Shown one piece after another: positions 38,480 to 48,540 of a stretch of DNA of 64,000 nt. The notes under the pieces were generated by a model. The model ran no database searches. It was not told the DNA's origin and saw only the letters and a program-made list of their open reading frames with translations. A program made the position numbers and the translations under genes. Source of the DNA: Thermoproteota archaeon (GTDB lineage Archaea > Korarchaeota > JAOZGF01 > JAOZFZ01); NCBI GenBank assembly GCA_027492035.1, contig JAOZFT010000020.1:32001-96000 (forward strand), read 5' to 3'. The first letter of the stretch is position 1, and each line of letters starts with the position of its first letter.

Positions 38480-39409
38480 ATGAACAAAAATAGCATCTCA
38501 ACCAAGAAAATTCAAAGCTTAAGAAAAGAAACTAAGAAGGTAGTTGAAGCAATAAAGAAAATGGGTGGACAGGGTGCAAAAAAGGATGAAGGGTTTAAAG
38601 TGGTTATAACAGGGAAAGGGGGAGCTGGTAAAACCACAATCACCGCTTTCTTAGCTAGGTTGTTTGCCAAGAAAGGGTATAAAGTGTTAGCTGTAGATGA
38701 AGACCCGCAAATGAACCTACCATTTGCTATAGGCATTTCTCCAGATGAAGCAGCGTCAATAACCCCACTCAGCAGAAACTTGGATTATATAGAAGAGAAA
38801 ACAGGCGCTAAACCAGGTTCAGGCTGGGGACTGCTGTTAAGGCTGAACCCTGACGTGGAAGACGTAGTTGACAGATTCGGAGTTACAGGTCCAGACAATG
38901 TTAATTTACTTGTTATGGGCACTGTGGTGCAAGCCGCAACAGGTTGCCTGTGTCCAGAAAACGCTTTACTTGAAGCTGTAATGAATTATATAGTGCTAAG
39001 GGAGAAAGAAATTGTTTTAATGGATACTCAAGCTGGAATGGAACATTTCGGCAGAGCAATAGCTCGAGGCTTCTCTCAAGCCTTAATAGTCACAGATCCC
39101 TCCTTTAATTCTGTTCAAGTATCTCTAAACCTTGCCAAACTAGCTAAACAACTCAACATAAAAAATATACATTTGGTGATAAATAAGGTAAGGAACCGGA
39201 AAGAGGAGATAAAGGTAAATAAATACTTAAAAACAATGTCTAACATAAGGTTTGATACAGTAACTGTTATACCCTTCGACCCTGTATTGTTGGAGGTAGA
39301 GCCCAGCGTAGAACCCTTTATTACAGAAAAGGAATATTCTTTGGTAACATGGAAAATGATTGATTTAATGGAAACATTAGAGAAATATGCCTTTAAAAAA
39401 GGTAGATAA
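38480..39409 (+). CDS. cooC: CooC nickel-insertion ATPase
   Basis: GKGGAGKT, DEDP, GCLCPEN, DTQAGMEHFGR; within the coo operon. Confidence 0.9.
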   Translation: MNKNSISTKKIQSLRKETKKVVEAIKKMGGQGAKKDEGFKVVITGKGGAGKTTITAFLARLFAKKGYKVLAVDEDPQMNLPFAIGISPDEAASITPLSRNLDYIEEKTGAKPGSGWGLLLRLNPDVEDVVDRFGVTGPDNVNLLVMGTVVQAATGCLCPENALLEAVMNYIVLREKEIVLMDTQAGMEHFGRAIARGFSQALIVTDPSFNSVQVSLNLAKLAKQLNIKNIHLVINKVRNRKEEIKVNKYLKTMSNIRFDTVTVIPFDPVLLEVEPSVEPFITEKEYSLVTWKMIDLMETLEKYAFKKGR

Positions 39410-39414
39410 AAACG

Positions 39415-40485
39415 TTGGAAAGAACAGGTGTAGCTGATTTACCTCTCCATTGGGGGAAAGCCCCTAAATGGTTATTTGAAAGAATGGTTAAGTTAGGAAA
39501 AGGAATAAGTGAAGCAATTATTTTAGAGTATGGGGTAGATGAATTTCTGAAAAGGCTTTCAGACCCTTTCTGGTTTCAGGCATTAGCTTGTGTTTTAGGT
39601 TGGGATTTTCACTCCAGCGGCGCCACAACAGTAACTTGTGCAGCTTTAAAAGAGGCTGTTTCACCTCATGATTTGGGTGTGGCGGTTTTAGGTGGGAAGG
39701 GAAAAACTAGCAGAAGAACACCTGAAGAAATAGAGGAAGTTTCAAAAATATTTTCTTTTTCAACAAATCAAATCAAGGAGTTAAAGTACGCAAGTAAAAT
39801 TTGCTCAAAAATCGACAGCGCAGCTATACAAGACGGTTTCTTTCTTTATCATCACACATTTGTTTTGAACGAAAAAGGAAAATGGGTTGTTATCCAGCAG
39901 GGAATGAGCAGCAAGGCAAGGTTTGCTCGACGTTACCATTGGTTGTCTGAAAAAATAGAATCTTTTGTTGAGGAACCTCATACAGCAATAATTAGTGACT
40001 TAAAGAAGAAACAGGTGTTAAATATGGTGGCTAAAGAAAGCAGAGAAGCTAGAGCTGCATGTGTAGATTTAGTGAAAGAAAAACCTACAAGTTTAAGGGA
40101 ATTCTTTGCTTCTCCATCCAGTTTAGTTAAGTATTTAAAAATGACTCCTAGGCATTGTTTCAATGTTGAAATCTACAAAAAAATTTTGAAACTGCACGAT
40201 TTCCAACCCAGAAACTTTGAAGAATTACTGGCTACAAAAGGGATAGGTCCCTTAACAATTAGGGCCTTAACCTTAATTAGCAAGGTAATTTACGGTGTTG
40301 AACCAAGTTGGAGGGATCCTGTAATGTTTAGTTTTGCGCATGGAGGTAAGGACGGTGTCCCCTACCCTGTTAACCGTGAACTTTATGACAGAAGTACCCA
40401 AATTTTGCAAGAAGCAATTGAAAAAGCTAAAATTGGAGAAAGGGAAAAGCTAAATGCTTTAAAGAAACTAGAAAAATACATGTAA
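39415..40485 (+). CDS. DUF763 family protein
   Basis: ADLPLHWGKAPKWL, WDFHSSG, QDGF.LYHH, ARRYHW, FSFAHGGKDGVPYP. Confidence 0.88.
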   Translation: MERTGVADLPLHWGKAPKWLFERMVKLGKGISEAIILEYGVDEFLKRLSDPFWFQALACVLGWDFHSSGATTVTCAALKEAVSPHDLGVAVLGGKGKTSRRTPEEIEEVSKIFSFSTNQIKELKYASKICSKIDSAAIQDGFFLYHHTFVLNEKGKWVVIQQGMSSKARFARRYHWLSEKIESFVEEPHTAIISDLKKKQVLNMVAKESREARAACVDLVKEKPTSLREFFASPSSLVKYLKMTPRHCFNVEIYKKILKLHDFQPRNFEELLATKGIGPLTIRALTLISKVIYGVEPSWRDPVMFSFAHGGKDGVPYPVNRELYDRSTQILQEAIEKAKIGEREKLNALKKLEKYM

Positions 40486-40499
40486 AAAAATACATGTAA
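40472..40499 (+). repeat. 14-bp tandem duplication at the DUF763 stop
   Basis: AAAAATACATGTAA twice. Confidence 0.7.
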
Positions 40500-40875
40500 A
40501 AAATAACGGGCATGCACAGGTCAGTCAAAGAACTAAGAAGCATAGGGTCTGTATCAGTAGAAATCTTAACGATTACTTTCTTCTCTATAGCCAGTAACTA
40601 CTAAACCAACATTTTTTTCTAGAAGCTCCACTGCATAGGATCTGTGGCTACTTGCGTAAGAAACTATCTAAAAACATTTGTCTCAGCTTCTTAACTAAAT
40701 TGACACTTTAATCAACAAAAATATAAAAAACAACCGTCCAAAATTAAAGAACCCCCTGCCTACTGTTTACTGCTAAGAAGCTGTCTATATTCTCCTTACC
40801 CCACTTTTTAATAAAACACCTGCATCCATCATTGTTTCTATCATTTACCTAGACCCTACACTATGCTTTCTAGGG

Positions 40876-41649
40876 TCATTCATTTATTATTCTTTTTACT
40901 TTTTCTATTTCCTTCTTGAATTCAGCTATTCTTTTTAACTCAACATTTGGTTTAAGTTCTATTGTTAAAGGGCCTTCATATCTTTTTTCTGATAAATATC
41001 TAAGGAAAGATTCAATTTCTTCAGGAATTGGGGTGAGTGGTTCATGGAATTTGGAGCTTACATGTATGTTCTTCACTTCAAAATTTTCAATGTACCGGTA
41101 TGCCTCATTTATTTCTGAAAGATGGGACATGTCAAGTGTTAAACTTAATCTCTTGTTTGTTATTTCCTTCAAGATTTGAGAAACTTCAGTTACTTCTTTT
41201 AAGTTTCTTCCGTAACCTTTAGATCTAGGTGAAAGGTTTTCCAAAGTTAATTCAACACCAGCCTCCTTGCTTGATTTATATAGCTTAGAAAAGATAAAAG
41301 AAACGATCTTTTTCCTCAGTTCCTTATTTGCTTCTTTTGAAACATATGAGTGAACAACTAGGATTGGTGAATCTAGTATGGAGGCTAATTTAATTGATGC
41401 TTCACCATAATAAACTGCTTTCTCAACTTCACTTAATTTCTTAACGTAAAAACCTGCACTGTGAACAGAAGAACAAACCAAATCATTCTTTAAAAGAAGC
41501 CTTCTAAGTTTATGCAGAGATTCATCGGCTTCATTCTCCACACAGAGGGGATTAAATTCAATATGTTTAAAACCTAGTTTTTTTGGTAGGGAGAAATTTT
41601 CTTCTAAGGAATAATTTGAGAAAACCCATGTTGAAATAGAAAGGAACAT
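40876..41649 (-). CDS. Sugar-phosphate isomerase/epimerase (AP endonuclease 2 TIM barrel)
   Basis: SVHS, VVHS, LENL, LDMSH, NIHVS, H.P, TIE motifs. Confidence 0.8.
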   Translation of the reverse strand: MFLSISTWVFSNYSLEENFSLPKKLGFKHIEFNPLCVENEADESLHKLRRLLLKNDLVCSSVHSAGFYVKKLSEVEKAVYYGEASIKLASILDSPILVVHSYVSKEANKELRKKIVSFIFSKLYKSSKEAGVELTLENLSPRSKGYGRNLKEVTEVSQILKEITNKRLSLTLDMSHLSEINEAYRYIENFEVKNIHVSSKFHEPLTPIPEEIESFLRYLSEKRYEGPLTIELKPNVELKRIAEFKKEIEKVKRIINE

Positions 41650-41815
41650 TTCATCACTTCACAATTTTTCAGGAGCAGTTAATCACCCTCTTACTTACCT
41701 CTCTTGCCCCGAAATTTAAGACAACATTTCCCGGAACAGCTTTGCAAAACAAGTAAATAAATATTTTTTCAATTTTTCTGGTAAGGGACTGAACATGAAC
41801 CGGCGAAAAAAGGCT

Positions 41816-42205
41816 TCATAAGTTTTTTAGTATCCCTAGTAACTCTTTTATTTCATCTTTATCTATTTTTGCAATGAAGCAGGTGCCTAAACTAAAAACA
41901 TCTTTGCCGCCAACATTAAATTCTTGGCTGCACAGGCGCCGCCGTAAAGGTATCTCTTTGATTTTCCCGGGTAGACAACTGTAGCTACTGTTAAAGGAGC
42001 TAAACCTATTTGGGAAAGCCAAAACTTTGTTTCAGAAATTTTCTTTTAATGCTTCTCATCCTTTATTACTATAAACTCCCAAGACCGAGTTTTTTGAACT
42101 TGAGGCTAGTTTTACAGCGTTTAAAATTTCAATTAACATTTCCTCCGGCACATCCTTCATCTAAATACTCCTACATTTTTTTCTAAATCGTTTCGCAACC
42201 TTCAT
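41816..42205 (-). pseudogene. Nitroreductase pseudogene
   Basis: Fragments KDVPEEMLIEILNAVKLASSSKN / WEFIVIKD / LAPLTVATVV / AAKNLMLAA / LGTCFIAKIDKDEIKELLGI across frameshifts and stops. Confidence 0.7.
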
Positions 42206-42231
42206 CTCTTCCCCCTCTAGAAAAAGGGAAA

Positions 42232-42525
42232 GTGGCAACATTTATAAAAAATTTTTCGGAAAGTTTTTTGTTTATTGACAAACAGAGGCGTTCTCCTTTG
42301 TATAGGGTTGTAATTGACTATGACAAGTGTATAGGCTGCGGTAACTGTGTTAAAGCTTGCGCAATGGGAGTTTTAGAAATGATAGATGACGAACCTTACC
42401 CTGTAAACCCGAAAGATTGCCATGGATGTCAGGAATGTGAAAAAAGCTGTGAGCAAGGAGCAATTAAAGTTATTTATTTAGGCAATAAAAATAATTCATT
42501 TCTTCGGGAAACAGAGAAAGGTTAA
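42232..42525 (+). CDS. 2x[4Fe-4S] ferredoxin (true start probably TTG at about 42298)
   Basis: CIGCGNCVKAC and CHGCQECEKSC. Confidence 0.85.
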   Translation: MATFIKNFSESFLFIDKQRRSPLYRVVIDYDKCIGCGNCVKACAMGVLEMIDDEPYPVNPKDCHGCQECEKSCEQGAIKVIYLGNKNNSFLRETEKG

Positions 42526-42894
42526 AACCTTTAGAGAGAAACATAAGAGCTTCTTTCCCATTCTTTCACGCAGCAGCCTTTATTGAAAGATTAAAAGTAG
42601 TAAGGAGGCTCTTTTAAGTTTTAAACGCTTAAACTAAAAATACAAGTTAAAAACAGAACAGAGACCTTACGGTACCTGAAACATTAGGTAAGAGAATTAG
42701 GAAAGGTAAAAATGTGGTTAGTTCCGTTCCCATGTCAAAAAGTTTCTCAATTAAACCAAGGGGAGAAGACCTACGTCACCAATTGCTATCAAATCCCAAA
42801 AAGGTTAGCAAAGTCAAAATACTGAGGGAAGTACTTTAAAGAAAGGAAAAAATTAAATTCTTTTTTTGCCTACACTTCTGAGGGAGGTGTTTTT

Positions 42895-44385
42895 ATGGGT
42901 TTTAAACTTGGAGGTGTAAACCCTGCTTTGGTGACTCCTTTCACTAAAGAAGGGGAACTTGATTTAAAAGCTATGGAGAAACTTTTAAAGTTTGTTATAT
43001 CACAGGGCGTAAACGGGGTTGTTCCATGTGGCTCCACGGGGGAATTTACTTACCTCTCTGTTGAGGAAAGGAAGAAATTATTAGAGTTTGTAATAGAGGA
43101 AACTAAAAAAATTGATTCAAAGGTTAAAGTTATAGCTGGTACAGGAGGAAGCAGTACAAAAGAAGCTTTAGAAATGACTAAATTCGCCGAAAAAAGGGGG
43201 GCTGACGCTGTATTGGTTTGCTCCCCCTACTATTTCAAAGTTTCAAATAGGAACCTGTATAACCACTACTACTGCATAGCCCAAGAAACAAGTATCCCAA
43301 TCATAATTTATAACATTCCTCAACTTACAGGTAACAGCATAGACTGGAGAATAATTGAAGACTTAGCTCAACTAGACAATATTGTGGGTTTAAAGGACAG
43401 CAGTGGGAACATGTCTTACTTAATGACTTGTTTAGAAAAGGCAGGTGACAAAATAAATATTGTATGTGGCTGGGATGAAATAGTTTTCCCAGCCTTAGCT
43501 GCAGGCGCAAGTGGAATGATACTTGCAAGTGCAAACATTCTGCCAGATATTTGGGTTGAAATCTATAACAAAATGAAACAAAGCAAGTTAGAGGAAGCTA
43601 GAAAGCTTCAATTCAAAATACAAAAAATTCTGAGGTTAATTGTTAAAAGCGGTGCAGTTGGGGTTAAATCTGCTTTAAAAATGATGGGTTTAAATGTTGG
43701 AAAAAGCCGCAACCCCTTAGCACTCGGTGGAGAACTGAGTTATGAAGACAAGGAAGAATTAAGGATTGAACTGGAGAAACTTGGAAAAATTGAAAAAGAA
43801 AAAGTTGAAATGGAAATTAAGCCAGGGGCTCCATTGGAAAAAAGGTTTGGTGCAATTGGTATTACTCCGAAAAAAATTAAAGATTTCAGTTTAAAAATAG
43901 GTGAAGCCTTATCAGGTTCAGAACCTGAAGTAGCTCACATAGAGGTTTTAATAGGTGAAAAAAATGGTCCAGTAGGAGAAGCATTCGCTAAGGCGAAAGC
44001 AGCCCCCTCCCCTGGACATGAGCCACTGATAGCTATTCTTGAGCCTAATTTGCCGGTTAAGCCAGCAACCTTAATAATACCCACCGTTAAAATTAAGAAT
44101 TTAAGGTCTGCATCTCTTATTTACGGTGCAGCCCAGGCAGCTGTTGCTAAAGCTGTAGCAGACACTGTTAAAGAAGGTTACATACCTGAAGAAGAAGCAG
44201 ATAATTTACTAATTCTGGCAAGTGTTTTCATTCATCCAGCAGCCGTTAACAGGCAGAGAATATACATTAATAACTACAAAGCAATGAGACATGCGTTGAG
44301 ACGCGCTATAGAAAACAGGCCAAACATAAGCGAAATACTAAATGACAAAGAAAAAGCCAAGCATCCCCTCAAGTATGAACCCTAA
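42895..44385 (+). CDS. Fusion: DHDPS/NAL-family class I aldolase + formaldehyde-activating enzyme (Fae) domain
   Basis: N-terminal GSTGE, PYY, YNIP, GLKDSSG. C-terminal (from about 43890) IGEAL.GSEPEVAHIE.LIG.K.GPVGEAF, PGH.PL.A.L.PNL.VKP.TL, QAAVAKAVAD, VFIHP.A, NNY.A, KHP. Confidence 0.9.
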   Translation: MGFKLGGVNPALVTPFTKEGELDLKAMEKLLKFVISQGVNGVVPCGSTGEFTYLSVEERKKLLEFVIEETKKIDSKVKVIAGTGGSSTKEALEMTKFAEKRGADAVLVCSPYYFKVSNRNLYNHYYCIAQETSIPIIIYNIPQLTGNSIDWRIIEDLAQLDNIVGLKDSSGNMSYLMTCLEKAGDKINIVCGWDEIVFPALAAGASGMILASANILPDIWVEIYNKMKQSKLEEARKLQFKIQKILRLIVKSGAVGVKSALKMMGLNVGKSRNPLALGGELSYEDKEELRIELEKLGKIEKEKVEMEIKPGAPLEKRFGAIGITPKKIKDFSLKIGEALSGSEPEVAHIEVLIGEKNGPVGEAFAKAKAAPSPGHEPLIAILEPNLPVKPATLIIPTVKIKNLRSASLIYGAAQAAVAKAVADTVKEGYIPEEEADNLLILASVFIHPAAVNRQRIYINNYKAMRHALRRAIENRPNISEILNDKEKAKHPLKYEP

Positions 44386-44759
44386 AACCTTCTTTCTTTT
44401 TTTATTCCTGGTTTCTGTGTTGAAAAGTTTTAACTCACTTACTAAACTGTTCAGCGTCATCCTTAACATTCTAAAACAGAGTAAATACTTCGTGATTTAT
44501 CGAAGAAATCAAAAAACTGTTTTGGTGAGGAAGTGAAGCTTTAAAACTATGATTTTGCGCCTTTTTTGGCAGTTAAGCCTTTGCTTGAAATTCTGGTTCT
44601 TCGCCCTCACTTGTTTTCTTATAAAGATACAAACTTCATCTCCACTTTTCATGTCAACAGAAAGGTGCGCAAGCTTGTCTTTATACTGTTACTAAATAAG
44701 GCCCCTGTATTTGTCAATTATACTTGTGTAGGTTTTGCCTATTCTGTTCTTTAATTGAA

Positions 44760-46298
44760 TTAACTTCTTTTGTTTTGGGCGAGGTGCTTTATTGTTTCAT
44801 AAGTTTGGAATTCTGGCGCGAGTGAGTCGTAAATTTTAAATTTATCGAACGAAAGAATTTTTGCATCTACACCCATTGTGCCTCCGTGGATAGGGTAAAC
44901 AAATGTAACTTCCTTACGTGTAAAGAAATTGTCAGCTAACGTTAAAAACATCCTTTGCTCCTCCTTACTTAAGTTTTGGCTAAATACTCCCAAGGGAGTT
45001 TTTGTTGTTGCAGCCCAATCTATAAACGCAAACACCGGAACGTTGCCTAACTTTTGTTTAACAATATCTAATCTTTTGCTCCATTTCTCTTCATCAAGCT
45101 CCATTTTCTTTACTTCCTTAACTGAAGGGCTTAATGTGACAAAGTCAAGGTTTGGGGGAGAGTAAGGGTACATTGCTGCACTTAACCAACTGCCAACATA
45201 AACATACTTACCTTTTAATTTTCCATAATCGTGGATTTCGTCCACAATTTTACAAGCTGCTTCGTAACTTTCCTTTACTGCAGAGTGGTTAATGTTTTTT
45301 GTGATCTTAAGAAGCAGATTTGCCTGAGCAAAAAGCATGTCAACCCATATAGCATCTGCACCTGCATCAATTTGTTTCTCTGCCCAGCTTATGAGAAGCC
45401 TTTGAAACCTTGGGTTTGTTATGTCTGGAAAATACGCTGCAGCCTCTTCCGGGCTGTAAAGGCTGCAATCTAAATCTTTAGAAACCCATAATTGTTTTTT
45501 GCCGAATTCACATTGAAATTCCTCCTTTGATACATTAACTCCCCATTTTTGAGGGTCTAGAGCAAGATCCCATGTTTGGGGATACCCTATAATTTCTCCT
45601 GTTTCCGGGTTCCAAACAGCCCCTCTATGGATTATTTGCGCTGGAACTGCTCCGCAAATAATCACGTCAGGCATCTCCGCCTTTATTTCAGAAATTGTTT
45701 TTTCAAGTTTTTCGTAGCTGTAACCGCTGAATTCACATCTCCATCTTGCTTTCTGTGAAGAAAGTTCATTACATTTATTTGGGCAGGGGTTCCACCTCCA
45801 AAAAGCCCTGAAAATAAAGTCCGTCCTTGTCTCTTTGAACAAGCTTATCATTTCCTCTGTGCTTCTGTCTACAACTGCACCGTCAGTTATTCTCTCATAC
45901 AGAGAAGCAACCCTAACTCTTCTTAATTTCTCCTTCGCTTTAACTTCTAATTCTTTGTAGCTTTGGTTTTGTTGAGTTTGAGGTAGTTTTTCAATTTTCA
46001 AAATCTCAACAGGTACCCACATTTGAATAGTGACTACGTCTTTCCTCACTTTTGCTTTGAAATTTATTCTTAAACCGTCTTCTCTAAATTCATCTGGTAA
46101 ATTTAAGGGGTAATATTTTTCACCCTTATCTGTTACAACTCCGTAGAATCCTCCCTCTAAAGGAACATATTTTACTGTACCAGTTAATTCAATGATTCCT
46201 TGCCCTCCCTGAAACGTGCAGCCCAGCAACAGTATCGTCAATAGAAAACCTATGGTAGCCAAAGCTCTGTTTTTTATTCCCCTCTCCTCCAAATTCAT
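44760..46298 (-). CDS. Secreted/lipoprotein hypothetical with small beta domain and TIM-barrel-like region
   Basis: Signal with lipobox-like LLGC; GTVKYVPLEGGFYG domain; YFPDITNP..Q...GADAIWVD resembles glycoside-hydrolase barrels. Confidence 0.65.
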   Translation of the reverse strand: MNLEERGIKNRALATIGFLLTILLLGCTFQGGQGIIELTGTVKYVPLEGGFYGVVTDKGEKYYPLNLPDEFREDGLRINFKAKVRKDVVTIQMWVPVEILKIEKLPQTQQNQSYKELEVKAKEKLRRVRVASLYERITDGAVVDRSTEEMISLFKETRTDFIFRAFWRWNPCPNKCNELSSQKARWRCEFSGYSYEKLEKTISEIKAEMPDVIICGAVPAQIIHRGAVWNPETGEIIGYPQTWDLALDPQKWGVNVSKEEFQCEFGKKQLWVSKDLDCSLYSPEEAAAYFPDITNPRFQRLLISWAEKQIDAGADAIWVDMLFAQANLLLKITKNINHSAVKESYEAACKIVDEIHDYGKLKGKYVYVGSWLSAAMYPYSPPNLDFVTLSPSVKEVKKMELDEEKWSKRLDIVKQKLGNVPVFAFIDWAATTKTPLGVFSQNLSKEEQRMFLTLADNFFTRKEVTFVYPIHGGTMGVDAKILSFDKFKIYDSLAPEFQTYETIKHLAQNKRS

Positions 46299-46518
46299 TT
46301 AATGTTCTAGTGCTACGCCTTTAATCTCCCTCTTAAACCGCTAGCGGTTTTAAAGTTTTATGGATGAATCATTCATTTAAGAAGAATCTTCTCAGAAAAT
46401 AAACTTTCTCTCTTGAGGAAAATTTCCAAGCTTTGACGCGGGAAAAGGACTACAAAATTAGTAAAGCCTAAAAATTAGCTAGTTCTGGATTAACGACCTC
46501 AACTTGAAACCTTGTTTT

Positions 46519-47778
46519 TTAGTCTGTATTCACTCCCGTAGCATTTTTTAAGTTTTCTTTCAACTTAAAGGGGACCATACCCTTTCCCACTATTTCTTCC
46601 CTTAGTTTAAGCATCATTTCAGGCACATCTATTTCCATTGGGCAATGTTTCTTGCATCTTCCACATAATGTACATGTATACGCTATTGGAGCTGCTTTTT
46701 CCAGTCCTCCCAGTAAGAATCTGGTAAGAATAGCCCCTATGCCTCCCATGTAAACGTGGCCAAAATACCCTGAAACTAATGAATAAACTGGGCATTCATA
46801 CAGGCATCCTCCACATCTGAGGCAGTAAAGTGCCTGTCTGTAGACGGGGTCTTTAGCCATTTCCTTTCTTCCATTATCGAGAAGCACTAGATGAAATTCT
46901 TTTGGCCCATGTGCACCGTAAACAATTTTTTTCTCTATGTCTCCTGTTTTGCTTGGGCCTGAGACAATGCTAACATAAGTTGGTGCTTTATAGTTTGCGT
47001 ATCTTGTCACTACTTCAACAAGTAACATGGCGTCTGAAAGAGTTGGAATGACCTTCTCTATTCCTGCAACCACGATGTGTTTTTCAGGTAAACCTGAGAC
47101 AAGCCTTGCATTCCCTTCGTTTTCGATTATGAAGACAGACCCTGTTTCAGCTACAACTGCGTTAGCTCCTGTTAATCCCACATCTGCCTCTACAAATTTT
47201 TGTCTAAGGTAATTCCTTACTTCCTTAACAAGTATAGGGATTTCTGCCGGTAACTTTTTTCCTGTGATTTTTGAAAGCAGTTTTGCCACTTTCTCCCTTG
47301 GAATGTGGATGGCTGGTGAAAGTAAGTGCATAGGTTTACTTTTCAGCTGTTGAATTATGAACTCACCAAGATCTGTTTCAAAAACTTTGCAACCTATTCT
47401 CTCTAGTTCACTGTTAATGTTTAGTTCCTCCATGGTTAAGCTTTTAGACTTAACAACAGTTTCAGCCCCTTTAACTACGCTTTTAACATATTCTAAAGCC
47501 TTATAAGCATTTTCAGCCATGTAAAAGTTTCCCTTAAGATCTTCAACAACGTCTCTCGTTTGCTTAATTAATTCCTCAATTCTTAGAAGCGAATTCTTTT
47601 TTATTTTTCTGAGTTTAGAGGCTTTCCTTTCTACGTAAGGGTAAAGTTTGAAGGCTTCGTCTCTGTTTCTTCTATATGACTCAATAGCTCTTTCAAGAGC
47701 TGTTCTAAGTGAACTGTTGCGGGCGGCAGAGCCAAGCTTTCTTAAGTAGGAATTATAAATTTCATCGTTAACAGACAA
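46519..47778 (-). CDS. lutB: LutB/LldF-like LUD-domain Fe-S protein
   Basis: VKSKS, ETDLGEFI, ENEGNARL, SGPSKTGDIE, CLRCGGCLYECP, CTLCGRCKKHCP. Confidence 0.88.
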   Translation of the reverse strand: MSVNDEIYNSYLRKLGSAARNSSLRTALERAIESYRRNRDEAFKLYPYVERKASKLRKIKKNSLLRIEELIKQTRDVVEDLKGNFYMAENAYKALEYVKSVVKGAETVVKSKSLTMEELNINSELERIGCKVFETDLGEFIIQQLKSKPMHLLSPAIHIPREKVAKLLSKITGKKLPAEIPILVKEVRNYLRQKFVEADVGLTGANAVVAETGSVFIIENEGNARLVSGLPEKHIVVAGIEKVIPTLSDAMLLVEVVTRYANYKAPTYVSIVSGPSKTGDIEKKIVYGAHGPKEFHLVLLDNGRKEMAKDPVYRQALYCLRCGGCLYECPVYSLVSGYFGHVYMGGIGAILTRFLLGGLEKAAPIAYTCTLCGRCKKHCPMEIDVPEMMLKLREEIVGKGMVPFKLKENLKNATGVNTD

Positions 47779-47805
47779 AAATGGGCACCTCTTAATTAGA
47801 AAAAA

Positions 47806-48540
47806 TTAGGTGAGGAACCTAATTAAGAGACCGGAAACATTGGTTACTTTCATTTCCCTGTTCAAGAAGATGTCGACAGCCCTCCTAATTGTTAAGATAC
47901 ATTGGGGACAAGCAGTAACAATAAGTTTCAGGTCTTTAGGGATTTCATCCTCAATTATAAGTTTCCTTGCGGCTATTTTAACTGAAAGAGTAGGGAAAAA
48001 AGAAGCTAGAAGTCCTCCTCCACCGCAACAAATAGATTTTTCCTTTGTATATTTAGGTTTGTAAAGCTTTACATTTGGAATTAAAGAAATTATTTTTCTA
48101 GGTTCCTCGTAAACCTCCATGTGTCTACCAAGTTCGCAAGGGTCGTGGTACATTACTTTCTCTTCCTCTAAGTGTTTAAATTTAGGTTTAATTTTCCCCT
48201 TCTTAATCAGCCCCCAAAGAAACTGTGTAACATGAACTACACCAGGTTTAATTTTCAAACCTAACTTTGACATGTAGAATTCTTTAAAGGCTCTTTGACA
48301 GGCGGGGCAAGGAGTAACAACTAAATTAAACCTATTCAGTGTTTCAATAATTTCTTTAGCGTTTTTCTTTGCTTTATTTCTGAAGCCACCTATTATTAAA
48401 GGGAATCCACAGCATAATTCCTCTTCCAAAGTGGTAACTTCAATATTTAGTTTGTTGAAGAGGGTAAAAATGTTATTAAGGTCATTAGGCAAATTTTTTC
48501 TATAATTGCAGCCCTGCCATAAAAGAACCTTTTTAACCAA
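47806..48540 (-). CDS. CCG-domain (Fe-S)-binding protein (LutA/GlcF/HdrB-like)
   Basis: CCG, CPAC, YHDPCELGR, CCGGGG, ACPQC. Confidence 0.88.
   Translation of the reverse strand: MVKKVLLWQGCNYRKNLPNDLNNIFTLFNKLNIEVTTLEEELCCGFPLIIGGFRNKAKKNAKEIIETLNRFNLVVTPCPACQRAFKEFYMSKLGLKIKPGVVHVTQFLWGLIKKGKIKPKFKHLEEEKVMYHDPCELGRHMEVYEEPRKIISLIPNVKLYKPKYTKEKSICCGGGGLLASFFPTLSVKIAARKLIIEDEIPKDLKLIVTACPQCILTIRRAVDIFLNREMKVTNVSGLLIRFLT

Noticed and set aside
40500-40870. Possible degraded gene between DUF763 and the epimerase
   Set aside because: No recognisable motif in the frames I translated.
42895-43890. Calling the gene dapA (lysine biosynthesis)
   Set aside because: Arg138 equivalent absent, Fae fusion present, no dap genes nearby.
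44540-44755. Minus-strand fragment DKYRGLI resembling a thermonuclease
   Set aside because: Too short and interrupted by stops to support.
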